DNA of 64,000 bases from Fidelibacterota bacterium (GTDB lineage: Bacteria > Fidelibacterota > Fidelibacteria > Fidelibacterales > DSDE01): the NCBI GenBank assembly GCA_046735395.1, contig JBJKQR010000020.1, forward strand, positions 1-64,000, written 5' to 3'. This document shows, one piece after another, positions 21,727-32,155 of this stretch. The first letter of the stretch is position 1. Each line of letters starts with the position of its first letter. Position numbers and translations under genes: made by a program. Below the pieces are notes generated by a model, which worked only from the letters and a program-made list of their open reading frames with translations, was not told the origin of the DNA and ran no database searches.

Positions 21727-22300
21727 GAGATGTGGTCTCCAGTATATTTTTAATGAGATTTCGTCCATATGGGGTCAGAATACTTTCCGGATGGAACTGC
21801 AGCCCGAAAAGGGGCAGATCCCTGTGCTGAATGGCCATGATGATTCCATCTGTTTCGGCGCTGACTTCAAAAGCCTCCGGCAGCGTTTCCGCATGCAGGG
21901 AGTGATAGCGGCCAACCTGAAGCGGCTGGGGAAGACCCAGAAACGCGCCCTGTCCGTTGTGGGAAATCATGGAGGGTTTGCCGTGAAAAATCTGCGGACA
22001 GATTCCCACCTTTCCTCCGAAGGCTTCCACCAGACACTGGTGCCCCAGACAGACGCCCAGCATAGGGAGTTCAGTGTGAAAATTGCGAATCAGGTCAATA
22101 CAGATTCCGGCATCGGAGGGCGTGGAGGGCCCGGGCCCGATAACGAGAAGCCGGGGTGACAGATCGCGGATTATGTTTCCCATTGCCTCCAGTTTCATGG
22201 AATTTCTGTACACGGCCACGCTGAGGCCGAGCCGTGAAAATTCATCGACCAGATTATAGGTGAAACTGTCGAAGTTGTCGATAAACAGAATATCGGTCAT
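21719..22300 (-). CDS. trpG: Anthranilate synthase component II
   Basis: [29 protein letters not shown]. Confidence 0.95.
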   Translation of the reverse strand: MTDILFIDNFDSFTYNLVDEFSRLGLSVAVYRNSMKLEAMGNIIRDLSPRLLVIGPGPSTPSDAGICIDLIRNFHTELPMLGVCLGHQCLVEAFGGKVGICPQIFHGKPSMISHNGQGAFLGLPQPLQVGRYHSLHAETLPEAFEVSAETDGIIMAIQHRDLPLFGLQFHPESILTPYGRNLIKNILETTSHD

Positions 22301-23889
22301 GGTTGATCTCCGATGATGGCCCGGATGACGGCCGCCGCTTTATTCTCCGTTTCCTGGTATTCCTTCTCGGGAACGGAATCATACACGACTCCGGCGCCGG
22401 CATGCACATAGACAATTTGGTTTTTGATCCTCAGGCTGCGGATGACGATGCAGCTGTCAAAATCTCCCGAGGGCGTCAGGAAGCCGACCGATCCGCCGTA
22501 ATATCCGCGCCGCTCCCGTTCATACTGTCGCAGAAGTTTCATGGCCTCGACCTTCGGAGCGCCGGTGAGGGTTCCCATGTTCATGGATGCGAGATAAGCA
22601 TGGAGGGCATCCAGGTCATCGCGAAGAATTCCCCGGACATTGGAGACCAGGTGCTGAACATGAGAGTATTTTTCGATGACATAGGGTTCATCCACAAATC
22701 TGGAACCGGGTTTGGAGATGCGTGCGATATCATTTCGAGCCAGGTCGATCAGCATGGTATGTTCGGCGAGTTCCTTGGGATCCAGCTTGAGCTCCGCTTC
22801 AAAACGCGAGTCCAGGTCCGGATCAATGCCCCGATCGCTGCGTCCCCGGGGCTTTGTGCCGGCGATAGGCCGGATTTCCACCACTTTTTCTTCGTTGCCC
22901 TCAACTTTCAGAAACATTTCCGGTGAGGCGCCCAGCAGGATTCCTTCATCGGAATGGAGGAAAAACATGTAGGGAGACGGATTGATGGAGCGCAGGCGGC
23001 GGTAGATGCTGAAAGGTTCAGTCGGGAGGGGGCAGCGCATGGAGCGGGCCAGGACTGCCTGGAAAATGTCCCCTTCGATGATGTGTTCCTTCAGACGGCG
23101 AACGCCCGTCATGTAGTCTTCGGGCGATTGGGACGATTCAAAAGTTACCGGGCCGGATTTTTCCAGCGCCGGAAGCGCCCCGGCCTGATGGAGGATTTCT
23201 TCATAACGGCTGAGTTTTCTCATGCATTCCACATAGATTTCGTCCCGGTTGCCGTCCGTAATGAGCGCATTGGCGATAAAAGTGATGGTTTTCCGGGAGT
23301 GATCCATGATGAAGAGATTGTCGACGTAATACAATTCGTAATCCGGGTCCTTCAGCGGATCTTCCGCATTTGCCGGCAGATCTTCGAACTGATCGATGAA
23401 GTCGTAGGCAATGGCGCCGAAGAGGCCGCCATAGGGTCCGGAAATATAGGAGACGGGCGTGAAGGTGGTGGACAGGGTGCGAATAATGTCGGCGTGGGTC
23501 GGCAGTTTCAGACGGGCAGCTTCATCCACGGGAGCCCGCCGCGGTTTCAATACGCCGCGGATGCTGTTTTCATTCAGAGACAGTTCATCGCAAAAATTGA
23601 GTTTTTCATTGAGAAAGGGAAGCAGGGACAGTCCCAGAGAATTAAGCGCGCGCAGGCTGAAATCAGAACCCCTGCCGCTGAGTTTCAGACAGGGGTCGGC
23701 AGTCCCGAGAGACCGTTCGCCGTATTTCTGGATGATATCCGCAGACTCAAGAAAGAGCGAGTGAGGTGTCCGGCCGTAGTCGCTGATGGCAGAGAAAAAA
23801 GCCAGAGGATCCGGCGTGAGCGGAAATTCACGTTGAAGAGACACCAGCTCACCGGGACGGGCTTTCTGGATTTTCTGAAATTCATTCAC
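22297..23889 (-). CDS. trpE: Anthranilate synthase component I
   Basis: LES, NPSPYM, GASPE, PIAGT, EHTMLIDLARND, GTLTGAPK. Confidence 0.95.
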   Translation of the reverse strand: MNEFQKIQKARPGELVSLQREFPLTPDPLAFFSAISDYGRTPHSLFLESADIIQKYGERSLGTADPCLKLSGRGSDFSLRALNSLGLSLLPFLNEKLNFCDELSLNENSIRGVLKPRRAPVDEAARLKLPTHADIIRTLSTTFTPVSYISGPYGGLFGAIAYDFIDQFEDLPANAEDPLKDPDYELYYVDNLFIMDHSRKTITFIANALITDGNRDEIYVECMRKLSRYEEILHQAGALPALEKSGPVTFESSQSPEDYMTGVRRLKEHIIEGDIFQAVLARSMRCPLPTEPFSIYRRLRSINPSPYMFFLHSDEGILLGASPEMFLKVEGNEEKVVEIRPIAGTKPRGRSDRGIDPDLDSRFEAELKLDPKELAEHTMLIDLARNDIARISKPGSRFVDEPYVIEKYSHVQHLVSNVRGILRDDLDALHAYLASMNMGTLTGAPKVEAMKLLRQYERERRGYYGGSVGFLTPSGDFDSCIVIRSLRIKNQIVYVHAGAGVVYDSVPEKEYQETENKAAAVIRAIIGDQP

Positions 23890-23986
23890 AGATCTGCTCC
23901 GTTCTCCGGATACACAATATCCGCTGCCGAGGGGTACGCGGACGGGAAAGAGATTGGGTTTGAATCATAAATTTTCTGCCTCATGT

Positions 23987-24013
23987 AAAAACGCCGGAGA
24001 GGGTTTCCGGCGT
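23987..24013 (-). terminator. trp attenuator terminator
   Basis: Minus strand ACGCCGGA-aaccctc-TCCGGCGT followed by T run, between leader ORF and trpE. Confidence 0.85.
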
Positions 24014-24039
24014 CAGACTGATTTTCCTGTAATACAGAC

Positions 24040-24111
24040 TCAACACGGCCGGTGAAATGAATTCTGCCACCAGATCCAGGATCTTCTTGTCATGATGTTG
24101 TTTCTGTTCAT
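24040..24111 (-). CDS. trpL: trp operon leader peptide MNRNNIMTRRSWIWWQNSFHRPC
   Basis: 23-aa ORF with three Trp codons in WIWW, upstream of the terminator and trpE. Confidence 0.88.
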   Translation of the reverse strand: MNRNNIMTRRSWIWWQNSFHRPC

Positions 24112-24117
24112 AGTAAC

Positions 24118-24146
24118 AATTTACAGCCTTTCCCGGATTCCGCCAA
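24118..24146 (-). promoter_or_regulatory. Putative trp promoter
   Basis: TTGGCG-17 nt-TAAATT, ending 6 nt before the leader ATG. Confidence 0.5.
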
Positions 24147-24283
24147 GCATTTTTTTCATTCCGGTGAAAATGGCCTGAGGCATCTTTGCCGGCAAATCCG
24201 GCATATTTTGGAAAAAAGACATTGAACGTAAAGTGGCGGACTAATCCATTGCATGATTTTCCCGGGAATCAGTATATTTCACT

Positions 24284-25447
24284 ATGGATCGAAAATTGCT
24301 GCTGCTGATAGTCGTAATGCTTGTTGCAGTCATGGCTTCACGCTATGTGTTCAAGCGGATCCGATCCCGGAATTTCTTTTATTATCAGGTACTGAGTATT
24401 CTGCTGGTCGCCGGCCTGGCTCTATGCATCAATGGCCGGGTTTCCGGCGAACTGCTGTCCCAGACCTCACCGCTCATGCTTCTCGGTATGGGCTGGCTGG
24501 GACTGTATGCCGGCCTGTTTATCGGGCTGCAGGAAATACGCAAATTCAATATCCTGGTCTGGAAATATGCAGCACGGGACAATCTGACCGTCTTCGCGGC
24601 CTATTACCTGCTCAGCCTTCCGCTGCTTCTGCATTTTCATGGAAATCACTGGGAAAGTTATGCTGCCGCTGCCGTCCTTTCCCTGTCTGCTCTGGAGGTG
24701 TCTCCGCTGGCCGTTTCAACTCTCCGCAACCTGAACCGCGGCGCATCCAGCTTCGGGATACTGCTTCAGTCTCTCAGCGGCATGAGCGGAATTTTCACGA
24801 TCGTCTTTCTCGGGTTGGCGTCCCCCCTGTTCTTTACCGGATCACTGCTGGTATTCAGCGGGGAATTTCTTCTGCAGCTGATTATCAGCATCGGCATGGG
24901 GCTTGTGGCCGTGTACGCGGTTCATGATCTCCGCCATTCCCGGGATTTCCTCGTGTGGATTCTGGCCATCCTGCTCATGACCTCCGGCCTGGCCACAGCC
25001 TTTCACTACAATGCCATTTTTATGAATATGATTACCGGAATGATCATTTCCACTTTCTCACCGCGCCGTGATGCGGCCCGAAAGCTGCTGGAACCCCTGG
25101 AGAAACCTGTTTTTCTGCTTCTGCTCTTCTTTGCGGGCGTGAGCCTTCGCATCAACTGGCTTTTCATCGGTCTGGCCGTCGTGCTGATGGGCATTCGGAT
25201 GGTACTGAGGATTCGTATTTTCCGTCAGTTTTACGGAGTTCATACGGCAAATTCTCCGGCTGTCCGTACGCTGGCGCCGGCGATCATTCCTTTCGGGAAT
25301 CTGAGCTTCACCATCGGAATATACCTTGTCATGCTCTACCCGTCCCAATTTTCCGAGATGGTGCTGGGCGCGCTGTTTTTTCAGTACATCCTGAGTTACA
25401 CGCTTGCGAGCCTGGTGATTCGGGGAGGAGGCCAGGGCACAGCATGA
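24284..25447 (+). CDS. Cation:proton antiporter family membrane protein
   Basis: Polytopic hydrophobic protein, EKPVFLLLLFFAG, ATGA overlap with next gene. Confidence 0.65.
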   Translation: MDRKLLLLIVVMLVAVMASRYVFKRIRSRNFFYYQVLSILLVAGLALCINGRVSGELLSQTSPLMLLGMGWLGLYAGLFIGLQEIRKFNILVWKYAARDNLTVFAAYYLLSLPLLLHFHGNHWESYAAAAVLSLSALEVSPLAVSTLRNLNRGASSFGILLQSLSGMSGIFTIVFLGLASPLFFTGSLLVFSGEFLLQLIISIGMGLVAVYAVHDLRHSRDFLVWILAILLMTSGLATAFHYNAIFMNMITGMIISTFSPRRDAARKLLEPLEKPVFLLLLFFAGVSLRINWLFIGLAVVLMGIRMVLRIRIFRQFYGVHTANSPAVRTLAPAIIPFGNLSFTIGIYLVMLYPSQFSEMVLGALFFQYILSYTLASLVIRGGGQGTA

Positions 25448-26733
25448 AATTTTTTATCATTCTTCTTCTCACCGGCCTGACATGGTTTGCGCGGAATGCT
25501 CCCCAGGCGCTTCAGTTCCCGGGTGGGGATGACCCCACGCTGGTGCTTGGCCTGCTGCTGGCCTCGGCTCTGGTCTTCGGGAAGGGAATGCGCCGTATTC
25601 ACATCCCCATGCTGAGCGGTTTTATTCTCTACGGGATTCTGGCAGGGCCCTTCTTTCTGAATATTATCCGGATTCAGGATATGAAGCTCCTGAGCTTCAC
25701 GGACTTTTTTGCTCTCAGTCTCATTGCCATCACGGCGGGAGGCGAGCTGAGAATTCAGGATATACGCCAGCGGCTGAAACTGTATGTGACCATCACTGCA
25801 GGACAATTCACCGTCATTACACTGTTTACACTGGGGCTGATCTTTCTGCTGCATCCGCTGAGTTCCCTTCTGGCCGGAATGGGCAACGCGACTGTGTTGA
25901 TCTTCGGACTGGTCATCGCTGTGATCTTTGCTGCGAATTCGCCGGCAACGGTGATTGCGGTCGTGAAGGATCTGGATGCCCGCGGAAAGAATACGGATCT
26001 GCTTCTCGGTGTCGCCGTCTTCAAGGATATCATCATCATCCTTCTTTTTGCCGTGCTGATGGCGGCCTCCTCGTCCCTTCTGGGAACGGGGATGTCAAAT
26101 CTCTCGCTGATGGGGACCGGACTGCGGGTCATTGCTCATATTCTCTATAGTGTGGGAATCGGAATTACGCTTGGCCTGCTGCTGATCCTGGGACTGCGGT
26201 TTTTTGAACATGATCTGACCGTAATTATTCTGTTATTGGTTGTATCGGTATATCTCACGGTACAGCTCATGCATCTGGAGCCGATGCTCACCTGCATGGT
26301 GGCAGGTTTTACCGTTCAGAATTTCAGCCGGCATGGCGATGAACTGATTCACAGCGCGGAACGGTCATCCATGCCCTTCTACATTATTTTTTTCACCCTG
26401 GCCGGCGTGAATCTGGATTTTCATGTTCTGGCGGACACCTGGCCGCTTGCCCTGAGTCTGGTGATCGCCCGCATGCTGTTTATCTTTATCTCCACACGGA
26501 TGTCTGTGAGTCTTGCCGGCGGAGACCGGGAAACACGCACCCATCTGTGGATGGGCTACCTGGCTCAGGCCGGGGTATCTCTCGGGCTTGTAAGTATTTT
26601 CCGTGAAAGCCTCCATGCACAATGGGTGCAGGATTTGGCTACCATTTTAACCGCAGTGATTGCCATCAACCAGATTATCGGCCCGATCATGCTCAAGATT
26701 GCTCTGCAGAAACTGAAAGAAGTTCCTTCATGA
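25444..26733 (+). CDS. Cation:proton antiporter (CPA family)
   Basis: GILAGP, AGGEL, ANSPATVIAV, FFTLAG, QAGVSLGL, NQIIGP. Confidence 0.85.
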   Translation: MKFFIILLLTGLTWFARNAPQALQFPGGDDPTLVLGLLLASALVFGKGMRRIHIPMLSGFILYGILAGPFFLNIIRIQDMKLLSFTDFFALSLIAITAGGELRIQDIRQRLKLYVTITAGQFTVITLFTLGLIFLLHPLSSLLAGMGNATVLIFGLVIAVIFAANSPATVIAVVKDLDARGKNTDLLLGVAVFKDIIIILLFAVLMAASSSLLGTGMSNLSLMGTGLRVIAHILYSVGIGITLGLLLILGLRFFEHDLTVIILLLVVSVYLTVQLMHLEPMLTCMVAGFTVQNFSRHGDELIHSAERSSMPFYIIFFTLAGVNLDFHVLADTWPLALSLVIARMLFIFISTRMSVSLAGGDRETRTHLWMGYLAQAGVSLGLVSIFRESLHAQWVQDLATILTAVIAINQIIGPIMLKIALQKLKEVPS

Positions 26734-28160
26734 AAATTCCCATCGAAGAGATGCTGGCGAATGAACCTGAAAAACTGGAGATATTGAAACGGATCGGCCG
26801 GACGGCTGAACGGGTCGGCGTGGTCGTTTATGCTGTGGGCGGACTGGTTCGGGATGCGCTGCTCCGGCGGCCCAATACGGATATTGATGTGATGGTGGAA
26901 GGAGATGCGATTCAGTTTGCCGAAAGTCTTGCGAAGGATCTGGGCATCCGGACCGTGGTCCGTTATGAACGCTTTGCCACGGCCATCCTCCCCATGAAGG
27001 ACTGGAATATCGAAATCGCGTCAGCGCGCCGGGAGGAATATGACCGCAGCTCGAGAAAACCGCGGGTGGAATCGGCGCGGCTGGAAGAAGACCTGAGCCG
27101 TCGGGATTTTACCGTCAACGCCATGGCGGTGGATATCCGTCCCTCAACGCTGGGTGAATTTCATGACCTCTTCGGCGGAATCAAGGATATGGAGATACAG
27201 ACACTCCGGACGCCGAAAGATCCGGATATGACCTTTTTCGATGATCCGCTGCGCATGATGCGGGCCATTCGTTTTGCAGCCCAGCTTCAATATCGTATTC
27301 ATCCCGATACCTGGGAAAGCATCCGCCGCATATCCGACCGGATCTCCATTATCAGTATGGAGCGTATCCGGGATGAACTGACCAAGATTCTCATGTCGGA
27401 AAAACCGTCCATCGGGCTGATTCTTCTGAAAAACAGCGGACTGCTGGATCATTTTCTGCCGGAATTTGCCAGGCTGGCAGGCGTGGAGGAACGGGACGGC
27501 TACGGCCATAAGGACGTACTGTATCATACGGCTCAGGTTGTGGACAATATCTGCAGCTACACGGAAGATCCGATTCTCAGATTTGCGGCCATGTTTCATG
27601 ACATCGGAAAACCTCCGGTGAAGCGTTTTCGGCGCGGAACAGGCTGGACCTATCATGGCCACGAGGATCTGGGAGCGCAGATGTTTGAGGAAATCGGACG
27701 GCGCCTGAAACTTCCGATCCGGGATATAAAACGGATTACCAAGCTGATCCGGCTGCATCTGAGGCCCATTGCCATTGCCAGCGAAGGTGTGACGGACAGC
27801 GCGGTCCGGAGGCTCATGGTGGATGCGGGCGATGATATTGACGATCTGCTGAATCTGTGCCGTGCTGACATCACCTCCCAGAATCAGGACAAGGTGAAGC
27901 GCTTTAATGAAAATTTTGACCTTGTGGCGTCGCGGATCCGTGATGTGGATGAAAAGGATAAAATGCGGAATTTCAAGTCCCCTGTGGATGGGAATGAGAT
28001 CATGCAGATGTTTGAACTGAAACCTGGCCCGGGGATCGGGCGCATCAAGTCCTATCTTGAAAATGAGATATTGGAAGGGAATATTCATAATGACCATGAA
28101 TCAGTTATGGCCTGGATCACTGAGAACCGGGGCCAGCTGGAAAAATTAATTCACTCGTAG
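26730..28160 (+). CDS. cca: CCA tRNA nucleotidyltransferase with HD domain
   Basis: VGGLVRD, DID, RRDFTVNA, DDPLRMMRA, HDIGK. Confidence 0.9.
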   Translation: MKIPIEEMLANEPEKLEILKRIGRTAERVGVVVYAVGGLVRDALLRRPNTDIDVMVEGDAIQFAESLAKDLGIRTVVRYERFATAILPMKDWNIEIASARREEYDRSSRKPRVESARLEEDLSRRDFTVNAMAVDIRPSTLGEFHDLFGGIKDMEIQTLRTPKDPDMTFFDDPLRMMRAIRFAAQLQYRIHPDTWESIRRISDRISIISMERIRDELTKILMSEKPSIGLILLKNSGLLDHFLPEFARLAGVEERDGYGHKDVLYHTAQVVDNICSYTEDPILRFAAMFHDIGKPPVKRFRRGTGWTYHGHEDLGAQMFEEIGRRLKLPIRDIKRITKLIRLHLRPIAIASEGVTDSAVRRLMVDAGDDIDDLLNLCRADITSQNQDKVKRFNENFDLVASRIRDVDEKDKMRNFKSPVDGNEIMQMFELKPGPGIGRIKSYLENEILEGNIHNDHESVMAWITENRGQLEKLIHS

Positions 28161-28173
28161 AGAGGAGGCCTTT

Positions 28174-28863
28174 ATGGCAGTCAAAGAGTCTTTCAGCCGT
28201 TTCATCAATGTGTTTTTTGCTCCGGAGAAAATGGCCACAAGTATTGTGGAGAATCCCACGCGAAATGGTGTGATTCTGCCCCTTCTGCTTCTGATTATTG
28301 CCAGTGTGATCAGCATGCAGGTCCTCAAGCCCGTCCTTCATGATGTGGGCGTAAAAAAGATCCAGACCGATCAGCGTTTCAGTGACGAACAGCGGGCCCA
28401 GATGCTGGAGCGGGTGGAGGCTCAGAGCACCTCAAATATTCAGCTCATTTTCGGCGTTCTGACGCCGATTGTCGGAGCTCTTCTCGTCGGAAGCCTGTTT
28501 TATTTTGTGGGTACCTTTATCGGCGGGGGTGAAACGAGCTGGCTTATTCTGTTTCTGACGGCGGCGTATGTGGAGTGTATCAATATTGTAGCCTCACTTC
28601 TCAAAGTTCCGCTCATCGTGGCGAAGAACAGCGTGGAGGTGCAGACCAGCCTGGCGCTGCTGTTCAAGGAAGTTGACTATCATAATGTGCTTTTCAAGCT
28701 GGCGGCACAGGTGGATATTTTCCGTCTGTGGAAGATCGCGGTATGGGTCATTGCATTCCAGGTAATCTTTAAATTCAGCAGGAACAAATCGCTGGCGCTG
28801 GTTGTTAGTATCTTTGTGGTTTGGTCAATCATCTCATTTTTTACAATGGGAATCGGAAAATAA
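28174..28863 (+). CDS. Yip1-family membrane protein (YknW-like)
   Basis: VFFAP.K N-terminus, about five TM segments, DIFRLW, first gene of an export operon. Confidence 0.75.
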   Translation: MAVKESFSRFINVFFAPEKMATSIVENPTRNGVILPLLLLIIASVISMQVLKPVLHDVGVKKIQTDQRFSDEQRAQMLERVEAQSTSNIQLIFGVLTPIVGALLVGSLFYFVGTFIGGGETSWLILFLTAAYVECINIVASLLKVPLIVAKNSVEVQTSLALLFKEVDYHNVLFKLAAQVDIFRLWKIAVWVIAFQVIFKFSRNKSLALVVSIFVVWSIISFFTMGIGK

Positions 28864-28949
28864 AAAAATTTTGACAACTATTTTCCACGGCGGCTGTCCA
28901 AATGAAGAATGGAAACAGTATGCCAGTTAAATACGGAAGGGTAACCAGA

Positions 28950-30197
28950 ATGAAGGGTATGTACCGGATAGCCGGAACAATTGCAGTAATTATGGGAATA
29001 ACAGTCGGACTTCAGGGTGCCGAACAGATGACGCTGGAGGATTGCATCTCTCTGGCGGAGAAACAGAATGCCACGCTGATCACCACACGTTACGATCTGG
29101 ATAACAGCCGCATTGATACGAAAGACGCATACGGGGTGCTGTATCCCGGAGCCTCCCTGAGCGCCGGCACCGGAACGGGGGGATCGGCAATGATTCCCGA
29201 TGGCAGCGGCAGCAGCAGCATCGGCGTATCTGTGAACCAGGCGCTGTACACGCCCGGTTTGCTTCCCGGCCTGAAAAGTGTGAAAATCAATGAGAAAAAT
29301 GCAGAGATTGACGTGGAAGCGGTCCGGGATCAGATCCGGACAGCGGTCTCATCGGATTTTTACAGAATTCTGTCCTCACAGGCTGTGATTTCCGTATATC
29401 GGGAGAATATTCAGGTTTCCGAGGAAAATATCCGCAAGATCCGCACCATGTATGAACTGGGAACGCGGACGGAGTCGGATGTGCTGAAATCGGAAGTGCA
29501 GAAGGGGGATTTTGAAGCGGCGCTGATCACTGAACTTCAGTCTCTCAATTCGCTGAAACGCTCACTGAATGTGAGTATGGGGCGGCAACCCGATGAAGAG
29601 CTGGAACTTGCGGAAGACAGTGTTACAGATATAGTCCTGCCGGATCAGGAGACCGCAGTTGCCAAACTCCGAAAAGAGAATACAAGCCTGCGGAAACTTG
29701 AAGGCCAGAAGGCGGTGAGTACTCTTCAGCTGAAAGCCGCAAAAGAGGGGTATTTTCCGACGATCGGTGGATCCTATAGCTACTCAGATTCAAAATCCGG
29801 GTCTTTTGTGACGAAAAGCTCATCGGTGGGCCTGTCCCTCAGCCTGAATCTCTTCGATCGCTTTCAGACCTCCCATTCCATTCAGAAGGGAAAGATTCTG
29901 GTACGCCAGCTTGATGTGAAATACGATGATACGGTGCGTCAGCTGGAAGGCCAGCTCGCAGACCTGTATACACAATATAATACTTATACGGAACTGATCC
30001 GGATCAATGAAATTAAGCTGGAATCGAGCAAGCGGGATCTGGATATCGTGACTCAGCAGTATCAGATCGGATCTTCCACTATCCTTGATCAGATGAATGC
30101 GCAGCTTTCGGTTCTGGATGCTCAGAGCAGCCTGGTGAAACAGAAATATTCCAAGCGTATCATCGAATCGCAAATCATACAACTCATAGGACGTTGA
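28950..30197 (+). CDS. TolC family outer membrane efflux protein
   Basis: Signal peptide, MTLEDCI, YELG...DVL, YQIG...LD repeats. Confidence 0.88.
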   Translation: MKGMYRIAGTIAVIMGITVGLQGAEQMTLEDCISLAEKQNATLITTRYDLDNSRIDTKDAYGVLYPGASLSAGTGTGGSAMIPDGSGSSSIGVSVNQALYTPGLLPGLKSVKINEKNAEIDVEAVRDQIRTAVSSDFYRILSSQAVISVYRENIQVSEENIRKIRTMYELGTRTESDVLKSEVQKGDFEAALITELQSLNSLKRSLNVSMGRQPDEELELAEDSVTDIVLPDQETAVAKLRKENTSLRKLEGQKAVSTLQLKAAKEGYFPTIGGSYSYSDSKSGSFVTKSSSVGLSLSLNLFDRFQTSHSIQKGKILVRQLDVKYDDTVRQLEGQLADLYTQYNTYTELIRINEIKLESSKRDLDIVTQQYQIGSSTILDQMNAQLSVLDAQSSLVKQKYSKRIIESQIIQLIGR

Positions 30198-30199
30198 CC

Positions 30200-31399
30200 A
30201 TGAAAAAAGCACTCATTGCCCTGGCCATCGTAATTGTCGTTGGCGTTATCATTTATTCGAACGTTAAGCAGAAGAATGTGAAGGCTGTGGACGTTCAGAC
30301 CGGCAGGATAGAACTCAGGCAGATACAGGAGAAAGTCTCGGCTTCCGGCCAGATTCAGCCGGTCGTCCAGGTGAACATTTCTGCGAATGTCGCCGGCGAA
30401 ATCACCAAACTCTATGTAAGGGAAGGTGACGTGGTCAAGGCCGGACAGCTGCTGTTTCAGCTGGACAAGGTCCGTTATGAGGCCGATGTCCGCAGCTATA
30501 AATCCATTTATAACAGCCGGAAAGCGTCACTTGAGAAGGTTCAGAAGGATCTGAAGCGCTATGAAGGCCTTTACAACACGAATAATATCAGCCAGGCAGA
30601 TCTGGAAGATCTTCAGACCCAGTATCGGCTCGCCGTCAGCAATATGGATCAGGCGGAAGCCGGACTGAACCAGGCGACGGACAACCTGAGCAAGACGACC
30701 GTCCGGGCCCCGATCAGCGGAACCGTCATTTCTCTGAGAAAAGAAGTGGGTGAAATCGCCCTCGGATCCCAGTTTTCCCAGGACGTCATCATGATCATGG
30801 CGGATCTGAAGCATATGGAAGTGGAAGTGGAAGTCAACGAGAACGACGTGGTCCGTGTTTCTCCGAAGGACAAGGTGGACATTGAGATTGATGCCATTCC
30901 TGATACGGTCTTCCGGGGGCAGGTCTCCGAAATCGCCCACCTGGCTTCGTCCTCCGGCCTGGGTACTCAGAACGCCGTGACCAATTTCAAGGTGCTGGTG
31001 GATATGCTGGAGATTCCGGATGAGATGCGTCCGGGGATGAGCGCGACCGTGGAAATCATGACCAATGAGCGGGATTCGGCCGTGGCAGTACCCATCCAGT
31101 GTGTCACCATCCGCAGTGAAGAAGAAGTTTATGGCAAAAAAACGGATACACTTGATGTTAAAGATGACGCTGTGGTTCCGGGAAAAAAGCAGATGGTGGA
31201 AGTGGTCTTCCGGGTTGATGCGGATACGGTAACAGCCGTTCCCGTCAAACTGGGAATCAGTTCGGAAGATTATTTTGAAGTTCTTTCAGGTCTGAAGGCG
31301 GATGATATGGTTGTAATGGGGCCTCACAAGGTTCTGAGCCGGGAACTGAAAACAGGGACTGTTGTGAAAACCGGCGGAAACGGCCCGGAAAAGAAATAG
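30200..31399 (+). CDS. Efflux periplasmic adaptor (MacA-like)
   Basis: [31 protein letters not shown]. Confidence 0.9.
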   Translation: MKKALIALAIVIVVGVIIYSNVKQKNVKAVDVQTGRIELRQIQEKVSASGQIQPVVQVNISANVAGEITKLYVREGDVVKAGQLLFQLDKVRYEADVRSYKSIYNSRKASLEKVQKDLKRYEGLYNTNNISQADLEDLQTQYRLAVSNMDQAEAGLNQATDNLSKTTVRAPISGTVISLRKEVGEIALGSQFSQDVIMIMADLKHMEVEVEVNENDVVRVSPKDKVDIEIDAIPDTVFRGQVSEIAHLASSSGLGTQNAVTNFKVLVDMLEIPDEMRPGMSATVEIMTNERDSAVAVPIQCVTIRSEEEVYGKKTDTLDVKDDAVVPGKKQMVEVVFRVDADTVTAVPVKLGISSEDYFEVLSGLKADDMVVMGPHKVLSRELKTGTVVKTGGNGPEKK

Positions 31400-31422
31400 G
31401 GAAGCAACCTGGAGTAAACACC

Positions 31423-32151
31423 ATGGCTCTACTTGAACTGGAACAGATAAAAAAAATATACAGGATCGGGACTGTCGAAGTGAATGCCCTGAACGGTGTG
31501 GATATTCGTGTGAATAAAAACGAATACATCTCCATCATGGGGCCGTCCGGATCGGGCAAATCCACGCTGATGAATGTGATCGGCTGTCTGGATACACCCA
31601 CAAGCGGACGCTATTTTCTGGACGGACTCACCATCCACGGAAACGGGAACGGAAAGGACGGCAGCAATGAGAACGGGCGCATCAGCGACGATCAGCTTGC
31701 CTATATCCGCAACCAGAAAATCGGCTTCGTCTTTCAGACTTTCAATCTTCTGCCGCGGATCACGGCGCTCCACAATGTGGAACTGCCGCTGATTTATGCC
31801 GGATTTCCCAAAAAGGAACGGTTGGAACGTGCGCAGGAGGCGCTGGGAAAAGTCAATCTGCTGGACCGGATGCATCACAAGCCCAATGAACTGTCCGGAG
31901 GCCAGAGGCAGCGCGTGGCGGTTGCCCGGGCGCTGGTGAATAATCCCAGTATCATCCTGGCGGATGAACCCACCGGAAACCTGGATTCGCGGACCAGTGA
32001 GGATATCATGACACTCTTCGATGAGCTGCATGAAAGCGGGAACACCATTATTCTGGTTACGCATGAAACCGATATTGCCCATCATGCTCACCGGATCGTC
32101 CATATCCGCGACGGACTGGTTTCCAATGATGAAATCACAAGGAAAGCCTGA
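31423..32151 (+). CDS. ABC ATP-binding subunit (MacB/LolD-like)
   Basis: [27 protein letters not shown]. Confidence 0.93.
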   Translation: MALLELEQIKKIYRIGTVEVNALNGVDIRVNKNEYISIMGPSGSGKSTLMNVIGCLDTPTSGRYFLDGLTIHGNGNGKDGSNENGRISDDQLAYIRNQKIGFVFQTFNLLPRITALHNVELPLIYAGFPKKERLERAQEALGKVNLLDRMHHKPNELSGGQRQRVAVARALVNNPSIILADEPTGNLDSRTSEDIMTLFDELHESGNTIILVTHETDIAHHAHRIVHIRDGLVSNDEITRKA

Positions 32152-32155
32152 GATC

